Part shown: positions 26,061-40,300 of the stretch, one piece after another
Numbering within the stretch: position 1 is the stretch's first letter
How the letters are laid out: every line of letters starts with the position of its first letter
NCBI GenBank assembly: GCA_051294375.1
Contig: CM119266.1
Location: 9,060,538-9,124,537 of the forward strand
DNA length: 64,000 bases
Direction: 5' to 3'
Source of the DNA: Paraspadella gotoi
Taxonomy: Eukaryota > Animalia > Chaetognatha
The notes under the pieces: model-generated
The model's database searches: none
What the model was told of the DNA's origin: nothing
What the model saw: the letters and a program-made list of their open reading frames with translations, nothing else
Made by a program: the position numbers and the translations under genes

Positions 26061-27525
26061 ATGAGAGTGAAACCGATTGATTGAATGAGTGGTTTTTTTT
26101 CTGAATTCCTCGATCAAAATCACTGCCCTTAATACTAATTCGTTGTCTTTTTTTAAAAAAAAACATAAACAACGGAACAAAAGAGCCCAAAAAATTGTGT
26201 TTATTAACGCGAGGCTTTGACGTCTTGAGTCTGTTTATTAAACCGAAGCGGATTTCGTCGGGACTAGAGACTCGAGACGAGACGTAATCAAATTTTGGAA
26301 AATTCCTTCCTCTCGACATCGATGAATTTGGAAAATGAAAAAAAAGAAGGGGAGGGGAAAAGATGAGAAGGGGGAGGAAAAATAAGGGAGAAGGAGGGAA
26401 GAGAGAAAGGAGAAAGAAAGGAAGAAAAGAAAATAGAAAGATAAATTAAGGAAGAGAGAAAGGGAAGACTGAGGGAAAATAAAGTTTAAAGAGATATGAC
26501 ACTGGGTAACTGGGTTAAACTGATTTAAAGATGGCACAAAAATAGAAGAAAAAAAAACAATGGCTAAAGAAAGTAGAAACGAGGGAAAAGATATAATATC
26601 AAAATCTTAAATCTCATTAGATATTCATTATATTAAATTAAAAGTATATTCTCTTAAAAAAAGGTTTAATATATTAGAAAAATTACAAACTTTACAATAC
26701 CTTTTAATAAAAAAACTATAAAGATATGGTGAAACAAGTAACCTTGTAACTTTTATAGCAAAAAATAATGAGAAAAAGTTGATAACCGAGGAAAAATCAA
26801 ATAAAAAAATGTAAAAAAAAAAACGGAGAAAATTAGAAAAAAGTGATGTACCTAATATAGAAAGGAAACATAAAGATTGAGGGAAAGAGGTAAAAAAGGA
26901 AGGAACGAGAGAAGAATAAAAAAATTAAAAGGAGGAGGAGGAGGAGGAGGGAAGGAGAAAGGAGTAAAGGAAAACTCGTGGGGAAGACTTCGACTCAAAC
27001 GAAAGTGAGAAATTAAGCGAGAAAACAGTTGGGGGACGAAGGAGGGAGAGAGAGAGATGGAGAGAGAGAGAAGAGAGGGAGAGAGAGAGGAGAGAGAGAG
27101 AGGAGAGAGATGAGAGAGAGAGAGAGAGAGAGAGAGGAGGAGAAAGGGGAGAGGAGAGAGAGAGAAAGCGTGGGAGACAGGATGGTAAATGAAAGAGAGA
27201 TCAAACAAAAGGGGCGGGAGATCGAAAAACACAAGACGACGACGACGACCGACCTGGGACGACGACTGATGAAAGTATCCGGAAAGAGACAGAAACGAAG
27301 AAGATTACTAACCTCTGCGAGGACGAGAAGAAAGAAGAAAGGGAAAGAATGAAAAGAGAAAAGAGAAGAGAAAAAGAAAGAAAGAGAAAATGACCTTCGA
27401 AATGAGATACAAAACGATAAGATCGGAAAACGAAGCCAAAAATAAAAAAAGGATGGGGGAGGGGTGGAGGGGGAGAAAGAGAGGAGAGAGAGAGAGAGAG
27501 CGAGGAGTGAGAGAGAGAGAAGAGA

Positions 27526-27565
<40 letters not shown>

Positions 27566-27603
27566 AAAGAAAGAAAGAAAGAAAAAAAGAAGAAAGAAAA
27601 GAA

Positions 27604-27651
<48 letters not shown>

Positions 27652-27730
27652 GATAGTGAAAGAGGTATAAATGGCAGAGGGGTAATCGAATGGGGAAATA
27701 CGAGGGCGGAAAAAGAAGGAATCCGATGAA

Positions 27731-27771
<41 letters not shown>

Positions 27772-30385
27772 CAAAATTGGATTCCTCAGAGTCGCGTCGG
27801 TGATTCGCGCGATTTTTTGTTTACAAAATGGCGGCCCCCTGTCGCGATGGCGACTGCAGCGCCGCCGACGGGAAAAGCGGAAACGAACGGAAACAGAAAA
27901 ATTCGTGGGAGGCGTCGATGCGCGAAGACTTGAAGAAAGAGAGAAAGAAGAATTGCGATTTGACAAATGGAATCATGTACATCTAAAAATAGATTTGAGG
28001 TCGCTTGTCTTTTTTTGAAATTATGGAGCACAAATTTTAAAATGAGGGATATTTACTAAATTGATAAAAATGAAGCAAAAGATAAAATTCTATTTAAATT
28101 TATAATGAAAACTGATAAAAAATTTACAATTTAACAATCATAGTAAATCGCTAAAACGATTTGCAAAAAAAAAAAATCCTACTGACTCAACCTTCAAGCG
28201 AGTAGAACTCACCAAGGCGGAGGAGAGCTGCGGAGGTGGAGTTCCATGTAAAAAGAAAGAAGAAAAAGGAAAAAAAAGGGAAAAAGGAAAGAAGCCACAC
28301 ANNNNNNNNNNNNNNNNNNNNNNNNNNNNNNNNNNNNNNNNNNNNNNNNNNNNNNNNNNNNNNNNNNNNNNNNNNNNNNNNNNNNNNNNNNNNNNNNNNN
28401 NNNNNNNNNNNNNNNNNNNNNNNNNNNNNNNNNNNNNNNNNNNNNNNNNNNNNNNNNNNNNNNNNNNNNNNNNNNNNNNNNNNNNNNNNNNNNNNNNNNN
28501 NNNNNNNNTTTCCCGCCGTAGACGACTTCGTATTTTTATATTTACATTCTAACGATACATCACTTAAATGCACTTCTTTCTTTACATCAATTAGTTTTAT
28601 TTTATTCAAAAAGCCCCAGCTTCTTTCTCAAGGTAAGTCGTCTTCCGTCCCATCTTCTCCAGCTCCATCTTCTCCAGCCCCATCTTCTCCCTCTCCATCT
28701 GTCCCACCTCGTCTTTCGATCCAATTCTCACCCGACCACCTTACTTTCTCCATCCACCATCCACCATCACCCCCCACCCATCCACCCAACCCGAACTCCG
28801 TCGTCAAATAATCTCCCGAACTTAAACTGCCTCATCAAATCATCCGACTCTGAATTCGCCTTCGCCATTTACACTTTCGCGATTGCCTTCGCCAGCTTCT
28901 TTGCAATAGCTGTCAGAGCCGCTACTGAATGGCACGCCCACTGCTAGTTGTGCAATACGGGTCCTGCAATGAACGCAAAACGTGGCAACTAGGTCTGGCA
29001 ACTAGGACTGGAATTTGTGATGTACGGCGGACAGAGATGTCACTGGTGTCATTGCCTAATCGATGACAGTTGCAATCATCTCCGCGCTTTCTTCTGCAAG
29101 CTCCTCCGCCATTGCTTGCGCCTTCGTTCCCGCCAACGCTTCCGCAATCACGATTAGAAATAAATATAAACAAACCCGCGTTAATCGCTGGAATATTTAT
29201 CAAAGACTCACTGGCATATTTTTGAAAGTAATATCTAGGAGAAAAGTAATAATATTTTTTGTTCTGTAACTTCTAAACGATTTGACCTACAAAGAAATTG
29301 AAGGAAGCAACTGAAAAGAAATTCAATGTAGATCCGGAAACATTCTAATTTTTTTTAAATGAAACAATTTTTCAAATAGATATTCTTTATTAAAAATATT
29401 ATATACTTTTTTCCTAGATAGTAAATGGAATAAAAACGAGATCCTCCTGATTCTGACAGAAACCGGGAAATAACCTAAACCCAAAAACCAGACAGACAAA
29501 AGTAAAACAGAGCGACGTATGGACTCTCGATTTACGAAAAAAAAAAGAAAAGAATCCCCTCTGGAGGCGAGAAACGTGTATATCGTCTTTTCTTTATCAT
29601 TTCTCCGCAACGAGGTTCCATTGGTGCCTATGGCGACGACTTCCGCCGGAAACGCGCGTCGCTAAGTGAAAAGAAAGAGGGGCCGTGACACCTGAGACCA
29701 TCCCATCGAAGACGGNNNNNNNNNNNNNNNNNNNNNNNNNNNNNNNNNNNNNNNNNNNNNNNNNNNNNNNNNNNNNNNNNNNNNNNNNNNNNNNNNNNNN
29801 NNNNNNNNNNNNNNNNNNNNNNNNNNNNNNNNNNNNNNNNNNNNNNNNNNNNNNNNNNNNNNNNNNNNNNNNNNNNNNNNNNNNNNNNNNNNNNNNNNNN
29901 NNNNNNNNNNNNNNNNNNNNNNNNNNNNNNNNNNNNNNNNNNNNNNNNNNNNNNNNNNNNNNNNNNNNNNNNNNNNNNNNNNNNNNNNNNNNNNNNNNNN
30001 NNNNNNNNNNNNNNNNNNNNNNNNNNNNNNNNNNNNNNNNNNNNNNNNNNNNNNNNNNNNNNNNNNNNNNNNNNNNNNNNNNNNNNNNNNNNNNNNNNNN
30101 NNNNNNNNNNNNNNNNNNNNNNNNNNNNNNAGAAGAGAGAGATATATCGGAAGAGAAAATGCGTTGAGAGAGAGAGAAAGCAGAGAGAGAGTAGACGAGA
30201 GAAGAGGAGAGAGAGAGAGAGAGAGGAGAGAGAGACGGAATGTATTTAGGAAGGACTAATGGTGAGCATGGAGAGACAACGGGGGTTAGTATTTAGCGAT
30301 AATTAGAAATGGGATGAAAGAAGAGAAACGGTCGATTGGCAAAGAGGAAGATAGAAAGCAGAATATAAAGAAAAGAAAGAGAGAG

Positions 30386-30428
<43 letters not shown>

Positions 30429-31711
30429 CCCTGATAAACGAATAGTCAGAAGATGGAACTCTAAAATGGAGAAAAATAAGGCGCGACTTTTCGACTAAGT
30501 TGGAGCCGACTCGGGATTCGTGAATAACAAATCAGAAAAGAAAATCTCGTTACCTTTCCGTTTCCGTAACTCGAAAGAAATTCCGTTATTGCGCCGTTCC
30601 ACCCGCGGGGAAATGAATAACAAATCGCAGCGACTCCTAGCGAGCGCGGCAAAGACGAAACGAACAAAAGAACAAACCTTTTTTTTTCTTTCCAAAGCAA
30701 AAAGCGACAAATCGCGAGTTTTAGAATGGAATCGCGTCAGAGGGGAAAAAGATTCGTAGGATTTGCGAGAAAAGATAAGGGAAAGAGAAATTGAATAGAG
30801 ACTCATTTGCATTTTGGGATCATCCGCGAAAACTGGGAGAATCTAATGTAGAGGAAATTTTGGTGGGGGGGGCGGGTGAGGGGAGGGGAAGAAGGAAACA
30901 GAGATTTTTGATCTTTTTCACTTTTTTAACTCTTTCCCACAATTACAATATTATAAAACTCTTTGAAGAACCTTTTTAAGTAAATTTTTCGTAGTAGATT
31001 ATTGTACAATGTACAACATACATGTATATAAGAATATTAAAATATCCTAAGAGAGAAAGGGAGAGAAAAAGAGCGAAAACCCACAAAAGACAACTGAGTT
31101 TCCTAAACTCTGCTTCTCCCTGAGTGAAACAGTCTTTTGTCTTTTATTCTGTGCAACGCGGTTGATTTCCTCTCTGGTTCATACTCACTCTCGTCAAAGC
31201 GAATGATCTTGTTTCTAGTTTTGTCTTTCAAACATCAAGTCAGGTTATATCATAAACTTAACGCAATAGGCTGAGGAGGGCTGAAAGGGCGTCGTACTTC
31301 AATGATCGTAAATCTTCATATTTAGTACACCTACGTCTCTCTCTCTCTCTCTTTCACACACTCTCTCTCTCTCTTCACACCACAACCACTCTCTGTCTCT
31401 CTCTCTCTCTCTCTTACCCGCTACGAAAGAGGCGGAAACGCCCACAGCTCTCTCTCTCTCTTCTCTCTCACTCTCTCTCTCTCTCTCTCTCTCGCGGCCG
31501 CACCCTCTGAGACAGAGGAACTTTCGTCGAGAGTTTCTTTTTCTCTTTCAATTTATGCCGTCATCCGCAAACTCCTCCCCGCCCCCCCCCCCCTTCCGCC
31601 CCCCCAAGAGATTTTTTTTCTTGAACCGACAAGGGCTTTAAAATCTATGAGGCCTTTCTGTCGCTATGCAAATCACCTTTCAGATGGAAAATTTTTCTAA
31701 AGAGACTCTCT

Positions 31712-31768
<57 letters not shown>

Positions 31769-32217
31769 TCTTAGAATGAAAACGCGAGAAAAAGTCGAAT
31801 TTGAATCGGTCTGGGAACTTAATGTAAATCCAGTTCCATTTTAATGAATTTAATTCATCAAGAGGAACTTGAGATTCGATGCGTCGCGCCCCTATTTTTT
31901 TCCCTTCGATCTTTGGCTACTATTATGGCTTAACTTATCGTTAACCGATGGATTCGGAGGTCAATGAACGAAAAAGGATATTTATGAAATTGGTACAACC
32001 AATATAAAAATTATCCATTCATTCAATAAATAAGCTATTTTGCCTCTGACTTTGGGGGTTTAAAGCCTCCATCACTCTTATCGTTTTTGCTGAGTCCTAA
32101 AATATGTCAAGATTAATTTAAAACAGTAACGATCAATGGTGACGGCAATATGCAAATGAGATTTTTTTAAGATTCATCAAATGAGACTAAATTCGTTTAT
32201 CATTTCTTTGTCCTCAG

Positions 32218-35200
32218 GTTTCTCGTTGACGGGCGTCAGCGGCGGAGATGACGACGACGACGACGACCGCTATTTTCGAAAAACGTTCGTCCAAATCGCG
32301 TCGACGCGCAACTCGCGTCTTTTCGCGGGAGACGAGACGATCGATCCCCGGAACCACGCCCATTCATCGCCACGCCCTTCCATCGCTATCGCCTCCGCCG
32401 AAGATCATCGCCTCCCTCTCGTCAATTCATCGTCGGCCAGACGCCTCGTCGATCCTTTGACGTCGTCCCGTCGATTTCCGGAACCGGCGACGTCATCCGG
32501 CCAGTTTCCTCCCCCTCTCTCGGATCGGCACGTCATCATCGATCTTCACGCGTCCAAACTATCGAACTTCTCTGCGGTTCCGAGAGACAGCGCCCTCTCG
32601 GCCAACGACGCCGCGATTTCGCTACAAAGAACGCCGTCGGACGCGGTCTCCGAACGTCGTCGCCACCGACGCCATCGCGACGACGAGGAGGACGACGTCG
32701 AACGCCATCGAAGAAACCGACGTCGACGCCAGTACGGCTCCTCGCGCGGTCACGTAGCCATGGATCGGCACGGTAACTGCCCGATCTCGCTGCATCACGC
32801 GCAGACGGCGATCGAGCAGTGCATGGCCTCGATCCGCGCGCCGCCGCGGCAGGACCTCGTTCTCGTCGTCGGGTCGGCCGACGAAAACTTCTTCAGGAAT
32901 TTTTGCAAGTTAGTTGTTTTTTTTTAAGAATAACTGATAACTTAAACAATTCTTTTTAACAGCATACTTACCTTTATTATAAAGTTTATACTCAGGGGTT
33001 TCAGTAAGACTGTGAGCTCGGCGACTACGACTCTTTTGTTTAAAAATCAATTGATCAATGTTTCATCATCTAACGAGATTCAAGTGATTTTAAATCAAGT
33101 AAAAAAAACCTTTCTAAACATAAGCAAATGCTATTCGGATCAGTAATTGTATGATTTCATAGTCATAGCATAGAATGAATAATTTTAACCAGACCTGGGT
33201 TCAACAAACTTACAACGGAATTTTTTCCTGTCATTTCCCCTTTCTCGGTCGCCCGCCGCGTTCTTTCCCCGGCTTTTTGTTCTTTCCCCTCCCGCCTCGT
33301 TCTTAATTAGGTAATGTTTGCCTAATTTAACCGAGCGTTTCGCATTTTCGTTGAAGGGGGGGTGGGTGGTAAAGAAAGAAAGTCGCCGATTCGGGAGGAG
33401 GGAGGGGCGGAGTGGGTCGAAGATAAAAAGCGCCTTTTGTTTTCCTCGCTTTTCGGTTTTCCAATTCAGACGAGAAAGGGGTTCTTTCTACCCCCCCCCC
33501 CAATCCCAGAGCATATCAGTCCCTACCCATCGCTTTCCAGGCTTTCTTGCCAGAGTCGCCGCCGGCCAACGCCGCTTCTTTCCGCTGTTGATGGTCGACT
33601 CTGCCACCTACGAAGGGTTTCAAAAAAAAAAAAAGGCAGCTTTAACTGATTACATCCCCGGGCGGCGGAAGCGTCGCCTTTAAACCAATTCAAAAGCCAT
33701 AAGCCACCATGTAATTCCCCTACTTTTTTTTTCTGTCTCTCGCCTCGCCTTGTCCGAGCGATGGGAGAAAAGCGAGGGAAGGGCGACATAAAATAAGCGG
33801 AAGGGAGATGAATGGATGGAATCGGTTGTTAGTGGAACGGTCATTGTCGGTTTTGATGTGAAGAATAATACGTAAAGCAAGCTATTTCTGCGTTCTTATT
33901 TGCTCAGTCGAGCTGCGGCGATAATAGTCATGGGAAATCAGAATTTATTTCGCCAATAAATCGCAATCTCAACAGACGGATGAAAATGAACCAAAATTTT
34001 TTTAAGTTAATAATAAAAATTGTTAACAAATGTCATCAAATAAACATTTTCGTTTTTCCAGGAACCGACATTACCAAAACATCATCAACTGCTTCCGGAC
34101 AATTTTTCAGGTACGTAAAAATGTCTAAATTGTATATTTCACCGTATGTAAATTTCACCGGGATCAGACGTGACAACGGGTTTAACCAAACCCAACTTTC
34201 TCTTTCAATTAGGATTGTCAGGGAAACGTGCTGTCGTTCGCTAAAAATTTACTGAACATTTCCAAAATGGGAAGATCGCTGCACAAATTGTGCCAAAATG
34301 CCGACGTCTACATAAGTGCTATTCCCTGTATGAAGGTATTCGATCAAATAAAATTCCTAATTTTAACCTCTAGTTTCGCCAATGAAACGGTTGCCTCCCA
34401 ATTTTTAATTTACAGCGTCACCTCAAGATGCCGTTGACGAATTGTGCCCTGGAGGCGGCGCGGAAGTCGTACCACAAAGGGGGCGTGGCCTCGATCGACG
34501 GCATCACCGCTAACGACCTCAATCAGATCACTTGCGAGTAAGAATAAAGAGGAATTATATATATATATATATTATAATATATAATTTGTAATAAATAATT
34601 TTAAGTAATATTATAAAATCTAAAACTTAAAATAGTGAAAAAAGTAAGTTGCAATTTTCATAGAGAAGGAATTTAAAGCATTGAAAAATCAGAGAGAGCT
34701 GAAAGGTATCGTATTCAAGAAATAAAGTATTATAGCCTTATTATTATTAGTATTATGAAATTGGTACAACCAATATAAAAATTATCCATTCATTTAATAA
34801 ATAAGCTATCTTGCCCCTGACTTTGGACGGCTTGGTGTTTAAGGCCTCCATCACTCTTACAAGATATAGCAGTTCCCTGCAAGCTTTCAATCAAGACTCT
34901 CTGTCTCACTCCCAGAGTATATTATATTTATAGTAATATAAAAATAATGAATTTATATTCAGAGAATAGAAAAAAAATAAAAAAGTAAAGAATTTCATAA
35001 CAGACGGATTCTTGGTGCTTGGTCGGTCGGGAGTAAAGAATTATAAAGACAAAACTGTCAATGACATATTTGTTGCGCTTTCAGCATCATGACGGAGTAC
35101 GTCGTCTGTCAAGACTCGACGCTCCGCTCGTGCGGGAATCGTCTGGCTCGAGTCATCACCAACGTCAACACGGCGCAACTGCCCGACGTCTGTCCCAAGA

Positions 35201-35777
35201 TTAAACTGGAGCCTTACCCGACTCAACCGCCGGTCACGACCTCGACAACCGTCTCGACGACGGCTTTGATCAAAGGAAGAGCCAGGTGAGGTCTTCACCG
35301 CAACGATTGTAGTTTTATTATTATTATTATTATTATTATTAACAAAAATTTTTTGCCGAAATTTTGTTCATAATCTGTCATTAAAATTTTGAAAAAAAAA
35401 AATCAGTCGAGAATTTCCGAAACATTTCCTCTCATTCGGTATTGCTACGTAGGATATTCAATAATTATATTATTGTATTAATTTAATGTGTCGATTGAAA
35501 GACACTAATTCTTTCCGCTAACGCCCCCCCCCTCCGCTCCACCCCATTCTTCCCCGATTCCAGATACTCGCCCGTTGGCGAAGACTCTCGTCGGGATCAA
35601 GTCGCGGACGGCGTGGGCAACGACCCCGAGGACGGAGCACGCCTCGGAGGCGCCGAAACCCGCGCCAAGTGGGAATCGAAGACGAGCGGATCGCACAACG
35701 GCGCCGCAGCCGTCTCGGTGTCGCTGCTCTACTGCGCCTGCGCGTTACTCGCGAGAACGATCTTGTTAAATCATTGA
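32218..35777 (+). CDS. Cys-rich, probably secreted/GPI-anchored protein (exons 32218-32908, 34062-34110, 34213-34335, 34416-34537, 35085-35285, 35564-35777; 5' exon not located)
   Basis: GT-AG exons join in consistent phase; spaced Cys in helical-looking segments, a Thr/Pro-rich stalk (TQPPVTTSTTVSTT) and a C-terminal small-residue site plus hydrophobic tail (SGSHNGAAAVSVSLLYCACALLARTILLNH*). Confidence 0.7.
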
Positions 35778-37351
35778 AAAGGATTGAGAGATGAGATGGA
35801 GACGACGAGAACCTCGGATGAACAAGTTTCTAATCGAAATCGGGTTCATCGAGAAATACCGAGCTACTTAACACTTTTTTTTTAAATCCGTGTTAATCCG
35901 TACGTATTTATCATATTTTTTTTCCCAGTTGAGAAGAAAAACTTTTAAATATCTGACCGCGTGACATTGACCGGTTTTCTCATCGCTATTTGGTTAAATT
36001 TCTAAAATACAATTTTTTGTAAACTTAACTAGTTTTTTGGCAGATGGACATTCGAAGTCAGGAGAAAATGCGAAACCAGATTAGATATTATATAGGAAAC
36101 ATTTTATTTCAATAATAAATTGTCTGTAACATTAAAGTTATTTATATACAAGGTAAACCGAAGAAAATGTTAACTACCCAAGCCGTTCCATCGGGGAAGA
36201 CTCCCAATGGCTTCTTTAATAAATGATCCGGAAAAAGATATTGAAGTGTTATTGAATATCGATACCGTGGTAAGTCAAGTAATAAAACCGCGAACGTTAT
36301 TTAACAAAAGTCAAAAGAAAATAGATATGTGGAGATAAGTCCGTTACACCGCTAGGGGTGATTCAAAACAGCAAGAAGGTAGAGTTACCCCCAAAAAAGC
36401 ATTTATGAAATAGCAGTTTAAATGGCTCGGTGAAGCACTATTACAGCACCATTTCGTATATCAGAAAACGAGTTACTTTTGGAAAACGAAAAAAAGGGAG
36501 GTCATTAAAACTTCATTAGGTATAACGTCAGATTTAAATTACCACGGTCGGTCCGGATGGGTCCCAATAATTAAGTACATATAATCACAAGCGATAATTG
36601 GAACATCTGCGATAAATTACGAACCACAGATAATAAAAGGGACTAAGTTTGAAGGGAGGTGAATGACAAGTCTTGACATTATCTAAAAAAAGAAGAGAAA
36701 ACATTGCTAAGTCTTTTCAGAGAGATCAGCGCTAAACTACTACCCTAAAATGGTCGGATTGTCATTTGTTACTTTTGTTGACTTAGAAGGTAAGCACCGG
36801 AAGCAAAAACTTGCTCTCCCACAATCTTAAATCGAAACCATGATTGTAAGAATTGAAAAAAAAAAGGACAAAAACGAAAACCTAATCCCATCCGGTGGGT
36901 TTAAAAAAACAAAAACACATGATTGGATATTTAACCGAATAAGGTAAAATGAAAAATAAAAATTAAGTACAAAGTACCCTTTTAGCTGACTCCGAAAAAC
37001 AATAATAAAAAAAATGTAAAACAAGACCAGATTCATCACTCATGAGCAACGAAGCAGCACGAAATCCTACCAAAATTATTTCACAGCTTCGATCACAAAA
37101 AAAAATTAAACAAAAGACATACAATCACAATAAGAAGTTTCACGCGACAATTTCGAAGGACTGGAATGAAAAATTTTGGGACGAGTAGGGAAGGGTGAGG
37201 GGGGGAAAATAAGGCCGTAAGGGTGGAACAAGGGAAAAAAAAATCGACGGTTTAGCGAGCGCGAAATAGAAAGGGGGGGTGTGCGCGCGTGGCCGTCGTC
37301 GACGAAACTATTTTTTGTTTCTCTCAGTTTTTCTCTCTCCCTCTCCTTCTC

Positions 37352-40300
37352 TCACAAGCTAAGAATAGCCCCCGAATCGCCGCGCCCTCCTTCGCTCCTG
37401 TCGCTCTTATTGCTCTTTATCGAGGAGGTGAACCGAGTGTCCTTTGGTCTGTTGTTGTTCAGGCTACCGTCGCGAGTCGGCAAGAGAACGCCGCCGTTGG
37501 ACACGGCGGGCGTGGAGCGACCGCTGCCGGCGTCGCCGTTGGCCGCGTTCCGGCGGCGCGTCTCGGCGGAGGAGGCGGGCGAAGCGTCGCCGGGTCCGGC
37601 GGGGCGACGGACGCGCGACGAGGAGGCGTCGCTCTTGACGCTGCCGCCGCGGCTCCGATTGTTCGTGGCGCTGTCGCGGTGCGAACCGAAGGACTTTCCG
37701 GAGCCGACGCTGCGACGATCGGCGCTGCCGACGGAGCTGGAGCCAGCGCCGGATCCCGCGCCGGCGCTGAGTCGTTTTCCGGCTTTAACCTTCAGTTCCT
37801 CGACGTGGTCGTGGACGATGTCTTCTTCTTCGTCGTTGTCCTGTAGTTACCGAACGGAAACAAAACAAATGGGAAACAAAACAAATGAAACGAAACAGTA
37901 ATAAAAACAAAAGAGACGGGACGAACCTCTTCCTCGCCGTCGCAGTGTTCGCGGGCGTCGTCTTGTCGTCCGGCCGGCGACAGCGCCAGAGACGAGATGA
38001 CGTCCTTGACTTCGTCCGAGTCACTCGACCCGACCGACGCTCCAGAGGCGCCCGACAACGTCGACATTTTGGAGATGCGACCAGGTTGTTCACGGGACAA
38101 GGTGTACATCTGGTTTACCGGTTTCACCTATGAGCGGAATAAAAATTGTTTTTTTGTTTGTTAATTAATCTACCCTAAAAACAACTCGCAAAATCCAGCA
38201 ACTGTCTCTTTCTTTAAACCTATTTCGACTCACCGTGATGATGAGGTTTGAGCTGTTGGCGATCATCATGTCGGTGACTTGATCCAGCGTCTTCCCCGCG
38301 ACTTCGATCCCGTTCACCTCCAACACTTCGTCGTTGACGGAGAGGAGACCCGTGGATTCGGCGAGTCCGCCCGGCACCAGACGAGAGATGAAGATGCCAG
38401 GGACTTTGGAGAGTCCGGCCTCGGTTACCCGGACGCTCAACCCTGAAAGGAATTAATGAAGTACTTTGTTAAGTCCCGCCATATTAATATCGTAATTAAT
38501 TCAAATTATTATATTAAACTACTCTATATTAACACTGATAATAACCAAAAATAATGTTTAACTTCTAATCTTTTGTTTTCTTCCTAACTCCACTTGACCG
38601 AAAATATCCGCGAGGTTACACTAGTCGTTTTAATTCTTCTCTTAGGAACAACAAAAGAGCCTCGCGAGGAAATACAGAACGACGCGGTAGCCTCGGGCCT
38701 TTCACGAAAGAAGGAACCTGTTCCTCATCTCCGACGGCGGCCGTTCTCGTGTGGGTCTGAGTAATAATAGAGGTGCAGAGGAGAAAAAAGAAATCGGGGG
38801 AAGGAAGAGCATTCGAGAAGTTGGTCTCTCTCAGGTAGAGCAGGCCGTCGGTGAGAAAGAGAGAGCGAAACAGAAAAGAAGTTCCAATCCAAGTATTCGA
38901 ACGTCACGCCCGGACGAATACAGCATTTTTTTTTCCGCTCAGAGAGAAAACAGAAAAAGGAAAATTGTGACGAGAGAATTGGAAAACTTAAAAACTGACA
39001 GCCTGAGTGATGGGTCCTGTTTTTTTATAAATTTTCTCGCGAATAAATATAAAAAGATTATTTTTAGAATATTACAAAACACTGAAGAAGTTTACGCATA
39101 TACCAATTAAACATCTTAACATAAGACTTGCTAATTTAAATAACAATGAATGACCATTGAAGAAAGCAATGCTAATAAATATAAAGATAATACACTGACG
39201 TCCTAGCCGTTTTTGTTGTTTTTTTTTATTAAAACGTTAGTGAAGAAAGACAAATTGATTCTTCGAACCATTCTCTTTCTCGAGCGAAGCTCATTAATCT
39301 CGAAATCCTTATTCGATACTCGATCGAATAAAAACAAGCGCGTGATAAATCCTTGTTTTAAATTTCGATCTAGTTTCTCGCTGAGGAGTCATTTAAGGAA
39401 TATTTTCACAACAGCGATCGAATAACATTGTTGTAGAGCTTTCCTAGAAATAAAAAATATTAAAAAAAACTTATCGCTGGAAATCCGCGTCGGAGATGAT
39501 GTAAAAAACAAACCTCTCTCATCATCACTCGACTCGACGGGTTTTCTTTGTCATCGCACTTGGCCCGAGGGATGCTTTCACTTCTTAAAATCCTGTTTCT
39601 ATCACAATCCACTTTAGTTTCACTGTGAGATCGAAAAAAAGTTGTTCGGGGTCGTTCCTAATTTGACGGAATAACTTTGAATTTATATTAAACGCTGCTG
39701 CCCTCTCGCAAAATGCGGCCACAGAAATCCTCCCCTGCTTTTTTTTTCACCAGCGGCATAAAACTCGAATTTAAATGAATAAGAAATTTTAGTTCCGAGG
39801 GGAGCGGTTTTGAAACAACAAAGGAAAGGAGAAATAAAATAAGGTTTCATCATGTTAAGAATGAAACGACCCAAGACTAATATACAAAATATACAAAATG
39901 TCCCGAGCTGGAACCGATTTGTCCTGTCCAATGTCCATATCTGACCAATCTGTCCGAAGACTCTGTCATTTTGATCTTTAGCAAAGAGAAAAAATAGCGA
40001 GATCTAAGAAAAGAAGAAAAGGCCTGGAGAAAAAGAAAACCCAGAGATTTCCCCCCTTCGATTTTTGTTTACACACGAATATCTCTCAGAGGAAGATAAG
40101 GAATGAGAGTCGGCGAAATTCCGCCTCGATTAATGAGACTCGCTTCTTCGTCCAAACCAATTTGAGAAACTTAGAGAAAAAGGCATTGTATATATAGCAC
40201 GGAACGGGCGTCGGAGAAAAATTTCACAACAAGCTAATAGCCGTGAAAGTCAGGAGGTGCCGAGACCACGGACCAGATGTCAAAATGTTATACGGGATTT

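Noticed and set aside
37281-37901. Plus-strand ORFs overlapping par-6 (also those overlapping the ZCWPW, MYND and dsRBD genes)
   Set aside because: Antisense shadows of GC-rich coding exons
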